Made by a program: the position numbers and the translations under genes
NCBI GenBank assembly: GCA_035353995.1
Contig: DAOQAL010000001.1
Location: 70,867-134,866 of the forward strand
DNA: 64,000 nucleotides
Direction: 5' to 3'
Origin: Minisyncoccota bacterium
Lineage (GTDB): Bacteria > Patescibacteriota > Minisyncoccia > Phycocordibacterales > UBA9973
The notes under the pieces: model-generated
Databases searched by the model: none
What the model was told of the DNA's origin: nothing
Seen by the model: the letters and a program-made list of their open reading frames with translations, nothing else
Shown here: piece after piece, positions 55,349-64,000 of the stretch
Layout: the number at the start of each line of letters is the position of its first letter
Position numbering within the stretch: the first letter of the stretch is position 1

Positions 55349-55664
55349 AGATTTTAAAAAAATAGAATTAACTGTCGGGGAAATTCTTTCTGCGGAAAAA
55401 ATTCCAGATACAGATAAACTTTTAAAATTGTCGGTTAATTTGGGAGAAGAAAAACCAAGACAGATTGTTTCTGGAATAGCTCTGTATTATCCAGACATTA
55501 ATGTTTTGATAGGTAAAAAATGTTTTTTTGTTTCTAATTTGGAGCCAAGAATTATACGAGGTATAGAAAGTCAGGGTATGATTTGTGCTCTTTCTGATTC
55601 TAATGGACTTTTTTCTTTAGTTGTTCCAGAAAAAGATGTTCCGCCAGGAACAAAAGCTAAATAA
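55335..55664 (+). CDS. tRNA-binding domain protein (CsaA/Trbp111/EMAP-like OB fold)
   Basis: FKKIELTVGEILSAEKIPDTDKLLKLSVNLGEE matches the MetRS C-terminal/CsaA tRNA-binding domain. Confidence 0.7.
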   Translation: MINIEDFKKIELTVGEILSAEKIPDTDKLLKLSVNLGEEKPRQIVSGIALYYPDINVLIGKKCFFVSNLEPRIIRGIESQGMICALSDSNGLFSLVVPEKDVPPGTKAK

Positions 55665-55704
55665 TATTAGCAAGAAAGAAAGGAATATTATATAATAAGT
55701 TTGT

Positions 55705-56784
55705 ATGTTTAAGAATTTTTTTCATCTTTTTTTCCCTACACCAAAACTTCTCACGGTGCCTTCTTTTGGTTTAGATATTTCTGACGAATCTATAAAATTT
55801 ATCGAGCTTATACAAACCAATCATGGTATTAAATTAGGTAAACATGGAGAACGAAAAATTCCTGCTGGTACAATAGAGTCTGGAAAAATAAAAGACCTCA
55901 GAAAAATGGAAGAGATTTTATCTTCATTAAGAAAAGAAGACAAAATAAAGTCTGTAAGAGTTTCATTACCAGAAGAACAAGTTTACCTTTTTGAACTTAG
56001 GCTTGAAAAAGCTGGACTTCTAAATATTAGGGACAGTATCGAACTCTCTTTAGAAGAATATATACCTATATCAGCTCAAGATGCTATTTTTGACTATGAA
56101 ATTTTAAGTGAAGACGAAAAAGGTTTTGATCTTCAAGTTTCGGCAATACCTAAAAATATAGTAGAAGGGTATTTGTCTGTATTTAAAAATTCAATGATTA
56201 ATGTTCGTTCATTTGAACTTGAAGCACAAGCTATTGCGCGAGCTGTAATAAAAAAAGAAGACAAAGAGACTTACATGATTGTTGATTTTGGTGAAAAACG
56301 AGCAGGCATTTTTATTGTTTCTCGCGGTATTGTAATGTTTACTTCAACTCTGGATGTTGGAGGATCATTGCTTACAAAAATGATACAGAAAAACTTCAAA
56401 GTAACTTTTGAGGAAGCAGAAAAAATGAAGAAGAAGTATGGTTTGGAACGTAATACCGAAAACAAAGAAATGTTTTCTGTTTTATTAAATAGTATTTCGA
56501 TTCTTCGTGATGAAGTTGTTAAACATTTTGTGTATTGGCACACTCACAAAGAGGGAGGTAAGGATAGACCACCAATAAAAAAAATAATAATGTGTGGTGG
56601 TGATTCAAACTTAATAGGATTATCAGATTATTTTGCAGTAAGCACTAAAAATACTATTGAAATAGCAAATGTTTGGGTTAATATAAATAATAATAATAAA
56701 TATATTCCAGAGATTAAATTTGACCAATCTCTTACTTATGCGGCTGCTATAGGTCTTGCTTTAGGGAATTTTGAACATGATTAA
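55705..56784 (+). CDS. pilM: Type IV pilus assembly protein PilM (actin-like ATPase fold)
   Basis: 359 aa. VDFGEKRAGIFIVSRGIVMFTSTLDVGGSLLTKMI matches the PilM/FtsA-like core. Confidence 0.8.
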   Translation: MFKNFFHLFFPTPKLLTVPSFGLDISDESIKFIELIQTNHGIKLGKHGERKIPAGTIESGKIKDLRKMEEILSSLRKEDKIKSVRVSLPEEQVYLFELRLEKAGLLNIRDSIELSLEEYIPISAQDAIFDYEILSEDEKGFDLQVSAIPKNIVEGYLSVFKNSMINVRSFELEAQAIARAVIKKEDKETYMIVDFGEKRAGIFIVSRGIVMFTSTLDVGGSLLTKMIQKNFKVTFEEAEKMKKKYGLERNTENKEMFSVLLNSISILRDEVVKHFVYWHTHKEGGKDRPPIKKIIMCGGDSNLIGLSDYFAVSTKNTIEIANVWVNINNNNKYIPEIKFDQSLTYAAAIGLALGNFEHD

Positions 56785-57319
56785 TTTAATTCCAATTGAA
56801 GAGAAAAAAAAGATAAAAATAGATTTCTATTTTCGTCTTTTGTCTGTATTTTTTGTAGTTCTTAGTTTTTCTATTCTTATCTCCTCTGTTTCTATAATGC
56901 CTGCTTATATAAGTTCTCTTGAAAAGAAAAATTCCGTAAATAAAAAATTAGAAGCACAAAAAAGTGAAGTTATGCCAGAAATTGATAAACAGGCTCAAGT
57001 TGCAATTAAAGATTTGAATACGCGTTTAAGTGTAATCGAAAAAGCAATAAGTAATAAATATGTTTTTTCACAAAATATAATAAATGAAGTTCTTCTTAAG
57101 CAAGAAACGGGAATAAAAATAACAAGAATTTTTTATGAAAATGATAAATTTAAAGGTCGAGTTGTTACAGTAAGTGGCATTGCGTCAAGCCGACAGCAAC
57201 TACTTTTGTTTCGTAAGGCGTTTGAAAATTCAGGTGCTTTTAAAAGCATAGATTTACCAATTTCAAACTTTGTTAAAGGTAGTGATATACAATTTACTTT
57301 AAACTTAGTGGCTATATAA
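56771..57319 (+). CDS. pilN: Type IV pilus assembly protein PilN
   Basis: INLIP motif near the N-terminus, single TM, coiled-coil periplasmic domain. Overlaps pilM by 14 nt. Confidence 0.65.
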   Translation: MNMINLIPIEEKKKIKIDFYFRLLSVFFVVLSFSILISSVSIMPAYISSLEKKNSVNKKLEAQKSEVMPEIDKQAQVAIKDLNTRLSVIEKAISNKYVFSQNIINEVLLKQETGIKITRIFYENDKFKGRVVTVSGIASSRQQLLLFRKAFENSGAFKSIDLPISNFVKGSDIQFTLNLVAI

Positions 57320-57320
57320 T

Positions 57321-57857
57321 ATGCAAAATAAATTTAAAAAAACTCCATTAATAATTTCTGTTTTATTTCTGCTAATTTCATGTGGTATTTTTTATTTTAT
57401 TTTTTATGAAATAAGAAATAATGTTGAAGTCACGCAACAGTCAGAAATTGATTTGCAGAAAGAGATAATAAAAAGAAATGAAGTTAGAATTTTAAATAAT
57501 TATTTCAACTCGATACAAACAGAAAAAGCACTTTTTGAAACACACTTTGTTCAAAGTTCAAACGTTGTTCCATTTTTAAATAATATTGAATATTTAGCAA
57601 AAAGCGTAGAAGTCAAAACAGAGGTAAGTTCAATAAGTATTAATGAAACTGATAATAGTTTGGTCTTAGAAATAAAAAGCTCTGGTGATTTTGAAAATAT
57701 ATACCGTTTTATCACATTGTTAGAAAATTCTTCTTATGAATTAGAGTTTATTTCTTCTGATATATATAGTGATATTGATAAAAATACCGTAAAAAGTAAA
57801 GATAATACAGACAAGTGGGAAGCTTTATTTAAAATTAAATTAGTAAGCTTTATATAA
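57321..57857 (+). CDS. PilO-like bitopic pilus assembly protein
   Basis: Single N-terminal TM plus periplasmic domain. Called on position after pilN. Confidence 0.5.
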   Translation: MQNKFKKTPLIISVLFLLISCGIFYFIFYEIRNNVEVTQQSEIDLQKEIIKRNEVRILNNYFNSIQTEKALFETHFVQSSNVVPFLNNIEYLAKSVEVKTEVSSISINETDNSLVLEIKSSGDFENIYRFITLLENSSYELEFISSDIYSDIDKNTVKSKDNTDKWEALFKIKLVSFI

Positions 57858-57860
57858 AAA

Positions 57861-58169
57861 ATGAAAATAAAATTTCCAAAATTTAAGAAGAATTATGAAA
57901 ATCAAAATTTCAAAATTAGTCCAGATATATACTGGAATATTTTAATTGTTTTGTTTTTTATAATAATAATAGCCGTTTTTATTTTTTCCTTTAATCTTTA
58001 TAAGCAAACAAGTGTTGAGAGCGAAGTTACATATCAAAATATAAGCGGAAAAATTGAAAAAGAGAAAAAAGAAAAAATAAATAGAGTGTTGGAATACTTT
58101 TCAGAAAGAGAACAAAAGTCAAATGAAATATTAAATTCACCTGCACCTGTTGTTGACCCTTCGCTTTAA
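57861..58169 (+). CDS. Small single-TM protein associated with pilMNO (PilP-position)
   Basis: 102 aa with an N-terminal TM and charged C-terminus. Confidence 0.4.
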   Translation: MKIKFPKFKKNYENQNFKISPDIYWNILIVLFFIIIIAVFIFSFNLYKQTSVESEVTYQNISGKIEKEKKEKINRVLEYFSEREQKSNEILNSPAPVVDPSL

Positions 58170-58215
58170 AAATGTTAATTTAGATTTTATACGCTTTGCT
58201 AAGTAAATATTGAAT

Positions 58216-58288
58216 GCGCGGTTAGCTCAGTTGGTAGAGCAACCCGTTTACACCGGGAAGGTCGGGGGTTCGAGTCCCTCACCGCGCA
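58216..58288 (+). tRNA. tRNA-Val (anticodon TAC)
   Basis: Acceptor GCGCGGT/ACCGCGC. Anticodon loop TTTACAC. T-arm GGGGG-TTCGAGT-CCCTC. Confidence 0.85.
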
Positions 58289-58303
58289 CAAAGGCATTTA
58301 TAT

Positions 58304-58375
58304 GCCCTCGTAGTTCAATGGATAGAACAGAGCTCTTCTAAGGCTTTGATGTAGGTTCGATTCCTACCGAGGGCA
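58304..58375 (+). tRNA. tRNA-Arg (anticodon TCT)
   Basis: Acceptor GCCCTCG/CGAGGGC. Anticodon loop CTTCTAA. T-arm GTAGG-TTCGATT-CCTAC. Confidence 0.85.
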
Positions 58376-58460
58376 CAGAACTGAAAGTTTTGTGAGTCCG
58401 CAGCGCGACGGCGCGAGGAGCGGGTTGAGAAATTTTTCAGCAGAAAAATATTTGTAACCA

Positions 58461-59183
58461 ATGAAAATAAAAATACTCTATGAAGATAAAGACATCTTAG
58501 CAATAGATAAACCATCTGGTATTTCTGTGCATGCAGATGGTAGAAGCAATGATAAAACGATTGTTGATTGGTTTTTGAAGAAATATCCAAAAGTAAAAAA
58601 TGTTGGTGAACCCATTTTTGTTGATGGAAAAGAAATTAAAAAACCTGGAATCGTACATCGATTAGACAGGGAAACTTCTGGCGTACTTGTTTTGGCAAAA
58701 AATCAAAAAAGTTTTTTATTTCTAAAAAAACAATTTCAAAATAGAGAAATAAAAAAAATCTACAATGCTATTGTTTCTGGTTCTGTAAAAAATGATCACG
58801 GGATAATAAATAAACCTATTGGTAGAAGTCCAAGCGATTTTAGACGCCGACTTGCTGGACGTGGCGCAAGAGGGGAGCTTCGCGATGCTATTACTGAATA
58901 TAAAGTTTTAAAAAGGTTTTCAACTTCAAAACCTTTTACTTATTTAGAAGTGAAACCTAAAACAGGACGAACTCATCAAATTCGTGTGCATATGAAATAC
59001 TTAAACCATCCAATTGTTTGTGACTCGCTTTATGATCTAAAAGGTTTTTGTCCTAAAAATCTTTCTAGAATGGCACTTCATGCAAAATCAATAGAATTCA
59101 AAAATTTAAAAGGTGAAACTCTTAAAGTAGAATCACCCATACCAAAAGAATTCGAAAAAATACTAGATCGTAAAAGTTCTTAG
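58461..59183 (+). CDS. RluA-family pseudouridine synthase
   Basis: Catalytic HRLDRETSGVLVLAKN. No S4 domain. Confidence 0.8.
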   Translation: MKIKILYEDKDILAIDKPSGISVHADGRSNDKTIVDWFLKKYPKVKNVGEPIFVDGKEIKKPGIVHRLDRETSGVLVLAKNQKSFLFLKKQFQNREIKKIYNAIVSGSVKNDHGIINKPIGRSPSDFRRRLAGRGARGELRDAITEYKVLKRFSTSKPFTYLEVKPKTGRTHQIRVHMKYLNHPIVCDSLYDLKGFCPKNLSRMALHAKSIEFKNLKGETLKVESPIPKEFEKILDRKSS

Positions 59184-59210
59184 TAAAAATGTTGGTGTAA
59201 ATAAAATACA

Positions 59211-59242
59211 AAAAAAGGACGTCCTAGGGCGTCCTCGTTTTT
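59211..59242. terminator. Bidirectional rho-independent terminator
   Basis: GGACG-TCCTAGGG-CGTCC hairpin with an A-run before and a T-run after. Lies between convergent genes. Confidence 0.5.
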
Positions 59243-59798
59243 ATGCTATTTCATCTTCCTCCTCATTGAATTCCTCATTACAAAAATTATACTGAGGTTC
59301 TCTGCCAAAAAGTACTTTTACCTCTGAAATGTAATAAGTCGGTGTTGAAAAATAAATTTCTCTCCGTAACGTACCATAATCTTTTTGAAATTCTTTTTTT
59401 CTTGGCGTTACAAAAGTAATAGAATGATACTGTTCTATTACAATTTTTGTAATGTGCACTTCCAAAATTTTACATTGAATCTCGGTTATTTTTCCATTTC
59501 CATGATTCAAAGTTATAAAGGCAGAATGTTTTTTGTTTAAAGTACAAGGTGTTAAAACCCCCATCATTTTTTGAGAAAAATCAAAATAGTTTTTAGCTAT
59601 TATGTCTTCTGGATCTAAAAAAACAGGAGGAACAATCCTTTTAATAAGATTTTTAAAAAAACTTCCCATCAGGATCGTTAGAATTCCAGGGTCTATGCTT
59701 TCTTTAAACAAGACCTTCATTTCGTTGGTATTTTCTACGTATTCTTTTGTCATAGAGCGTTTTTCTTTTAAAATATCATTATTATTATTGCAAGTCAA
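59241..59798 (-). CDS. Hypothetical protein
   Basis: 185 aa with an acidic C-terminus and no TM. No recognisable motif. Confidence 0.5.
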   Translation of the reverse strand: MTCNNNNDILKEKRSMTKEYVENTNEMKVLFKESIDPGILTILMGSFFKNLIKRIVPPVFLDPEDIIAKNYFDFSQKMMGVLTPCTLNKKHSAFITLNHGNGKITEIQCKILEVHITKIVIEQYHSITFVTPRKKEFQKDYGTLRREIYFSTPTYYISEVKVLFGREPQYNFCNEEFNEEEDEIA

Positions 59799-59853
59799 AC
59801 GATAAAATTTAGTATTTGCTATAAAAAAAAATTTATGCTAAAGTGTTTTCATT

Positions 59854-60258
59854 ATGTTAGTAAGTAAAACAAAATTAAGTCCAGTGGACACAGAGGCTCG
59901 TAGCAAAATAGATTTTCACGCAGGTGATACCATTCGTGTATGGTCTAAGATTTTGGACGAAAAAGGAAAACAAAGACTTCAGGCATTTGAAGGTTTGGTT
60001 TTGGCTAAAAAGCACGGTAAAGAAATTGGTGCCACTTTTACAGTCAGAAGAGTTGCTTCTGGTGTTGGTGTAGAAAGAATATTTCCACTTTTCTCTCCAT
60101 CTATAGATAAAATTGAAGTAATTAAAAAATCACGTGCTCGCAGAGCAAAGTTGTATTATGTTAGAAATAAAGCCGTAAAAGATGTAAGAAGAAAATTGCG
60201 TTCATTTGCAAATTCAGTGGAGGAAGATTCAGTTGAAGAAGAAAAAAAAGAAGAATAA
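59854..60258 (+). CDS. rplS: 50S ribosomal protein L19 with acidic C-terminal extension
   Basis: GDTIRVWSKILDEKGKQRLQAFEGLVLAKKHGKEIGATFTVRRV. Confidence 0.85.
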   Translation: MLVSKTKLSPVDTEARSKIDFHAGDTIRVWSKILDEKGKQRLQAFEGLVLAKKHGKEIGATFTVRRVASGVGVERIFPLFSPSIDKIEVIKKSRARRAKLYYVRNKAVKDVRRKLRSFANSVEEDSVEEEKKEE

Positions 60259-60330
60259 TAAAAAAGAAAAACCCACAATTGTGGGTTTTTCTTTTTGTGA
60301 AATATGATAATATAAAAAAGTTCGAAAAGA

Positions 60331-60414
60331 GCCCAGGTGGCGAAACTGGTAGACGTACTACCTTGAGGTGGTAGCGCCCGCAAGGGCATGGGAGTTCAAA
60401 TCTCCCCCTGGGCA
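60331..60414 (+). tRNA. tRNA-Leu (anticodon GAG), long variable arm
   Basis: Acceptor GCCCAGG/CCTGGGC. Anticodon stem CTACC/GGTAG, loop TTGAGGT. T-arm GGGAG-TTCAAAT-CTCCC. Confidence 0.85.
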
Positions 60415-61155
60415 CTATTCTTTTGGAAAATAAGGATGTGGGAATGATTTTACAATTGCCCGCGCTTTTATTTCATTATTTATTATGATTCCTTCTATGT
60501 ATATACTGTCACCAATTTGAAAAGTTTTAGGTTTTATATTTTCTAACACAACTCGATAATTTAATATCTCGTCTTCTTCTATTTTTGGTTCGATAGCAAC
60601 CAAAAGGGAATTTTGTTGTATATCAAGAATTATTCCTCTAAATATTTTTTCATCAAGATCAGGACGTGTTCTAACTTTTTCATAGATGCTTCCAATAAAA
60701 ATTGGATTGTCATGTGTGTCGTGCCAAATATTATATTGCAATGAAGTTCCCTGGTCTATTATTACTCCACATATTGTCATTACAAAAACAGTTCCAAGTC
60801 CAAGATAAAGTATTGGTGTTTTATAACCAAAACGAAAAGAACGAATCATAAGTCCAGCCCAGATTATTAAAGCAGAATTAAGTAAAAATAATCCCCAAGG
60901 AAATAATTTAAAAAATAAAACAGTTCCATGTCCTCCAAGCCCAATTAGTGATATTTGGTCGCTTGCTCTTAGGCTGAATAAAACAAAACTACATAAAAAA
61001 ATCGAAATTATAAAAATAGCGATTATTATTAAAACAAGAAAAACGATCCTTAGTTTAAAATAAGTTTTTGATTTTTGTTTCAAACCCTCTTTTTCTATCC
61101 TTTGAAACAGTTCTTTTGTGATTTCTTTTTGTTGATATCCCTTATCGTTTTCCAT
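60415..61155 (-). CDS. Polytopic membrane protein, putative anti-sigma factor partner
   Basis: 246 aa with about 4 TM helices. Overlaps the upstream ECF sigma gene by 14 nt, suggesting translational coupling. Confidence 0.5.
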   Translation of the reverse strand: MENDKGYQQKEITKELFQRIEKEGLKQKSKTYFKLRIVFLVLIIIAIFIISIFLCSFVLFSLRASDQISLIGLGGHGTVLFFKLFPWGLFLLNSALIIWAGLMIRSFRFGYKTPILYLGLGTVFVMTICGVIIDQGTSLQYNIWHDTHDNPIFIGSIYEKVRTRPDLDEKIFRGIILDIQQNSLLVAIEPKIEEDEILNYRVVLENIKPKTFQIGDSIYIEGIIINNEIKARAIVKSFPHPYFPKE

Positions 61156-61723
61156 TTTTTTCTTCTATATTGTTATAAGCTTTTTTTAATGATTCTTTAC
61201 CTCTTTTAATTCTTACGCCAACGGTTCCAGTAGGAATTTTGAGAATATCAGAAATCTCTTTATAACTAAAATCTTCAATATAGTGCAGAATAATAACTTC
61301 TTTGTATTTTGGTTCTAACGTGTCTAAACATGAATCAATTATTTTTTTTAATTCTTTTGTTTCGCGCTCTCTTTCCTCTGGGTCTTCATAAACTTGATGA
61401 GAAATTAATGTATCAAAATCAAAATAATTTATTGGATTGAAAAATTGTTTTTTTAATCCATTTATAAAAGCGTTATGTGCGATTCTGTAGATCCAAGATG
61501 AAAATTTAAAAGAAGGATCATAGTTTTGTATACTTTGATAAGTATTTATAAAAATATCTTGCACAATGTCATCAATATTTTCTTTGCGAGAAAGAAATTT
61601 TCTTCCGTAACGAGACAATTTATCATTATAACGTTCTATCAATAAACCAAATTTTTCCTTGTCTCCTTGTTGTACAAGAATTGCGATGTCTTCATCTGTT
61701 ATCTCTTTTTTCCCATGATACAT
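61142..61723 (-). CDS. ECF-type RNA polymerase sigma factor
   Basis: Region 2 (DIVQDIFINTYQSIQNYD) and region 4 (SYKEISDILKIPTGTVGVRIKRGKE). Confidence 0.75.
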   Translation of the reverse strand: MYHGKKEITDEDIAILVQQGDKEKFGLLIERYNDKLSRYGRKFLSRKENIDDIVQDIFINTYQSIQNYDPSFKFSSWIYRIAHNAFINGLKKQFFNPINYFDFDTLISHQVYEDPEERERETKELKKIIDSCLDTLEPKYKEVIILHYIEDFSYKEISDILKIPTGTVGVRIKRGKESLKKAYNNIEEKNGKR

Positions 61724-61780
61724 AGCGTATTATTTATATACTTAATATCGCTTTATAACAAGGGATATTGTATTTCTATA

Positions 61781-61808
61781 AAAAAACCCATAAAATATGG
61801 GTTTTTTA
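61781..61808. terminator. Rho-independent terminator for the 61873-62379 gene
   Basis: AACCCATA-AAA-TATGGGTT hairpin flanked by an A-run and a T-run. Confidence 0.5.
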
Positions 61809-61872
61809 GTTGAATATTCAACTAATGCTAAACATGTCAGCATTTGTTATCTTATTAAATTTTATTATATTT

Positions 61873-62379
61873 TTACACCATATCAACATAGAAAAGTTTG
61901 TCTTTTATCTCGTTCTTTGCAATTTTTGTTTTAGCTAAATTATTTTTGCTATTTTCTACTACCGCTTTTATTGATGTTTCACTTATTACGCCTCTAACTT
62001 TTACAATGTCACCAACTTTTATATCAGAAAGCGCGATAGCAACAGGAACACCTGGAATAGCTACTCCGTTTCTTGATGTAAGAACGGAAGATTTCAAAAG
62101 AGTTGCATCAGAAGCATCTACAACGTATATAACATTGTGTTTGCCTGTTATCGTTAGCATTGGACCTGAAATCGCAGTAACCACTCCACTTGCTCCTTGC
62201 CCTTTTCCTTTTCCAAAGCCATACCTATTACCGGTAGAATTATTTGCACTCGATATATTACCTGACGATGTGTCTGCTCGAGCAGTATTTGTAAAACTTA
62301 CCGGGCCTACCCCTAGCGTTGTGACTAAAGAAGCCATCACTAGCGGGATAAAAATTTTTCTTTTTTTTATACGTCTCAT
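61873..62379 (-). CDS. Secreted protein, paralog of 47009 and 51076 domains
   Basis: Signal peptide (IFIPLVMASLVTTLGVGPVSFTNTARA). Beta-rich C-terminal pattern VVTAISGPMLTITGK...IKVGDIVKVRGVI. Confidence 0.5.
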   Translation of the reverse strand: MRRIKKRKIFIPLVMASLVTTLGVGPVSFTNTARADTSSGNISSANNSTGNRYGFGKGKGQGASGVVTAISGPMLTITGKHNVIYVVDASDATLLKSSVLTSRNGVAIPGVPVAIALSDIKVGDIVKVRGVISETSIKAVVENSKNNLAKTKIAKNEIKDKLFYVDMV

Positions 62380-62522
62380 TTTTTTAAAGGTATTACTAAT
62401 AATGGCACGAGGCTAACTAAAACTATGTTTCTAAATTTTCGACCTGTATATACTATTACAATAATAAAAATCTTTTATTTCACCTTGACGACTTTTTTTA
62501 AAAAAATTGCTATATTATATAT

Positions 62523-63077
62523 ATGCTATACACAGGAAAAGGTGATGATGGTACAACAAAAACTTTTGGATGTGACCAAAGGATTTCTAAAAGTTCAAAG
62601 ATAGCTGAAGCCTTAGGATCTTTAGATGAGATCAATTCTTTTCTTGGAATTTGCAAAGTAAAAGCAGAAGATAAAAAAATAACATTAACAAATGGAACAA
62701 AGGTGGAAGAAATTGTTAATGATATTCAAAAAAATCTTTTCATCGTTCAAGCAGAGTTAGCTGGTGCTTCGATGTCGATTGATAAAAATAAATTAGAAGA
62801 AGCTGAAGAAATAATTTCTCTTATCGAAAAAGAACTTCCACCAATAAAACATTTTTTTATTTCCGGAGGAACAGAACTGGCATCATTGTTTGATTTTGCT
62901 CGTACTGTTGCTCGCAGAGCCGAGAGGAGAATAATTGATGTTGATCTAGAAAAAATGGTAGAAGTCAGTGACAGAACTAAAGCATATTTAAATCGTCTAT
63001 CAAGTTTACTTTATGCATTAGCTAGACTTGCGAACCATAAATCTGGTATAACAGAAGAAGGTCCTGATTATAAATAG
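62523..63077 (+). CDS. PduO-type ATP:cob(I)alamin adenosyltransferase family protein
   Basis: LYTGKGDDGTTKTFGCDQRISKSSKIAEALGSLDEINSFLG matches the PduO/MMAB N-terminal signature. Confidence 0.7.
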   Translation: MLYTGKGDDGTTKTFGCDQRISKSSKIAEALGSLDEINSFLGICKVKAEDKKITLTNGTKVEEIVNDIQKNLFIVQAELAGASMSIDKNKLEEAEEIISLIEKELPPIKHFFISGGTELASLFDFARTVARRAERRIIDVDLEKMVEVSDRTKAYLNRLSSLLYALARLANHKSGITEEGPDYK

Positions 63078-63088
63078 GACTTACATAT

Positions 63089-63161
63089 GGTGCCTATAGT
63101 GTAATGGTTAGCACTAGGGTTTGTGGAACCCTCAGTCAGAGTTCGAATCTCTGTAGGCACC
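63089..63161 (+). tRNA. tRNA-His (anticodon GTG) with encoded G-1
   Basis: G-1 at 63089. Acceptor GTGCCTA/TAGGCAC. Anticodon stem AGGGT/ACCCT, loop TTGTGGA. Discriminator C73. Confidence 0.85.
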
Positions 63162-63378
63162 CAGCAGTCAGCGACTAAAGAATAGACCGGTAAGGTATAG
63201 GTTTTTCTAGATTCATCAAAAATCTGGTTCTAGACCTTTTAGGTTCAAAATTCGATAATATTCTTTATTATCAACTTAAAAATCAAAAATTCAAAAGTTC
63301 TAATCTCTAGAGGTCGGGATTACTAGGTGTCCTGAAAGGGTCGAGTGTTTTATTGGTAAGTTTTGATATAATAAACTT

Positions 63379-64000
63379 ATGAAAAGTAGACTTTTACATT
63401 GGATCCCAAGAGTTTTATCGATAATTTTTGTTTTATTTTTGTGTTTATTTTCTTTGGACGGTTTTGCTGAATTCAATGGTTGGCAAACCATTTTAGTTGT
63501 CATTACTCACTTGATTATTCCATTTATAGTTTTATTAGGAACGATTATCTCTTGGAAAAGAGATTTGGTTGGTACTATAATATTTTTCTTTTTTGCTATG
63601 TATTATGTCTATATGGTTGGACTTGATCGTCACTTTAGTTGGTATGTATCTATTTCTGGGCCAGCATTACTAATAGCCATTCTTTTCTTTACAAATTGGT
63701 TATCTAGTAGAAAAAATATTCAAAATTTTCAATATATAAAAACAAAAGACGGATTAGAGATATTTACAGAATCAATTGGTAATAAAAATAATCCAGCAAT
63801 TATTTTGATAATGGGAGCAATGAATCAAAGTGTATTTTGGTATGATTCTTTTTGTAAAAAGTTGGCAGATTCTGGATTTTTTGTAATTAGATACGATCAT
63901 AGAGATACTGGTTTTTCTTCTGTTGTAGATTTTAAAGAAAATTCATATACATTAGATAATTTAACAGAAGATGTTATATGTATTTTAGATGGATATAATA
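63379..64000 (+). CDS. Membrane-anchored alpha/beta-hydrolase-fold protein (partial, runs off window end)
   Basis: Manual translation from the ATG at 63379: about 4 TM helices, then an alpha/beta-hydrolase-like start (AIILIMGAMNQSVFWYDSFCKKLADSGFFVIRYDHRDTG). No stop before 64000. Confidence 0.55.
   Translation, partial: MKSRLLHWIPRVLSIIFVLFLCLFSLDGFAEFNGWQTILVVITHLIIPFIVLLGTIISWKRDLVGTIIFFFFAMYYVYMVGLDRHFSWYVSISGPALLIAILFFTNWLSSRKNIQNFQYIKTKDGLEIFTESIGNKNNPAIILIMGAMNQSVFWYDSFCKKLADSGFFVIRYDHRDTGFSSVVDFKENSYTLDNLTEDVICILDGYN

Noticed and set aside
58315-58590. 91-aa minus-strand ORF
   Set aside because: It overlaps tRNA-Arg(TCT) and the start of the RluA-family gene, so it is a spurious frame.
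60156-60415. Two minus-strand ORFs (77 and 84 aa)
   Set aside because: They overlap the rplS 3' end and tRNA-Leu, and their translation is low-complexity.
63164-63378. TCTAGA-containing near-palindromes between tRNA-His and the hydrolase gene, and the minus-strand ORF 63300-63503
   Set aside because: The repeats are imperfect and short. The ORF overlaps the start of a better-supported plus-strand membrane/hydrolase gene. No structured-RNA signature could be recognised by eye.
1-64000. CRISPR arrays, rRNA genes, transposases and integrases
   Set aside because: I looked for regularly spaced direct repeats, rRNA-like conserved blocks and DDE or tyrosine-recombinase motifs, and found none in this window.

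Overview
The window is AT-rich (roughly 30% GC by eye) and tightly packed with short-spaced genes. It looks like a small Candidate-Phyla-Radiation / Patescibacteria-type chromosome; that placement is inference from composition and gene content. It spans the replication origin: rpmH-rnpA-yidD-yidC-jag on the minus strand, then dnaA-dnaN on the plus strand, with consensus DnaA boxes. Core housekeeping genes present include ksgA, uvrD/pcrA, class A PBP, tyrS, polA, tsaE, rpsT, rplS, a pseudouridine synthase, and the full set of Holliday-junction enzymes (ruvA, ruvB, ruvC, ruvX, yraN, yebC). I parsed 11 tRNA genes by hand. They include a canonical G-1 tRNA-His, and a UCG/GCG tRNA-Arg pair that covers all CGN codons without inosine. 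Type IV pilus assembly genes (pilB; pilM-N-O) lie at two separate sites. There are also two ABC systems (one MacAB-like with an HlyD-type adaptor) and two ECF sigma / putative anti-sigma pairs. The main feature is a 16-kb, 12-gene, single-strand locus at 6379-22418, immediately beside the origin. It encodes a Gram-positive-type (MPF-FATA-like) type IV secretion core, with these parts: a VirB3-like protein, a VirB4/ConE-like ATPase interrupted by an in-frame TAG, and a VirB6/TrbL-like polytopic protein. It also carries a peptidase-M15-like wall hydrolase fused to a two-helix pilin-like segment. These sit among several very large signal-peptide proteins carrying fibronectin-III-like and Ser/Thr-rich regions. 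No VirD4 or relaxase is in view. Smaller oddities are a 40-bp perfect direct repeat flanking a 487-bp cassette right after tRNA-Lys, and a partial tRNA-Ser 5' copy with a GC-rich palindromic insert. A ZIP transporter gene has its ATG out of frame by a T7 homopolymer, and a near-consensus sigma-70 promoter has no protein gene downstream. All functional calls come from motif recognition by eye; no database search was run.
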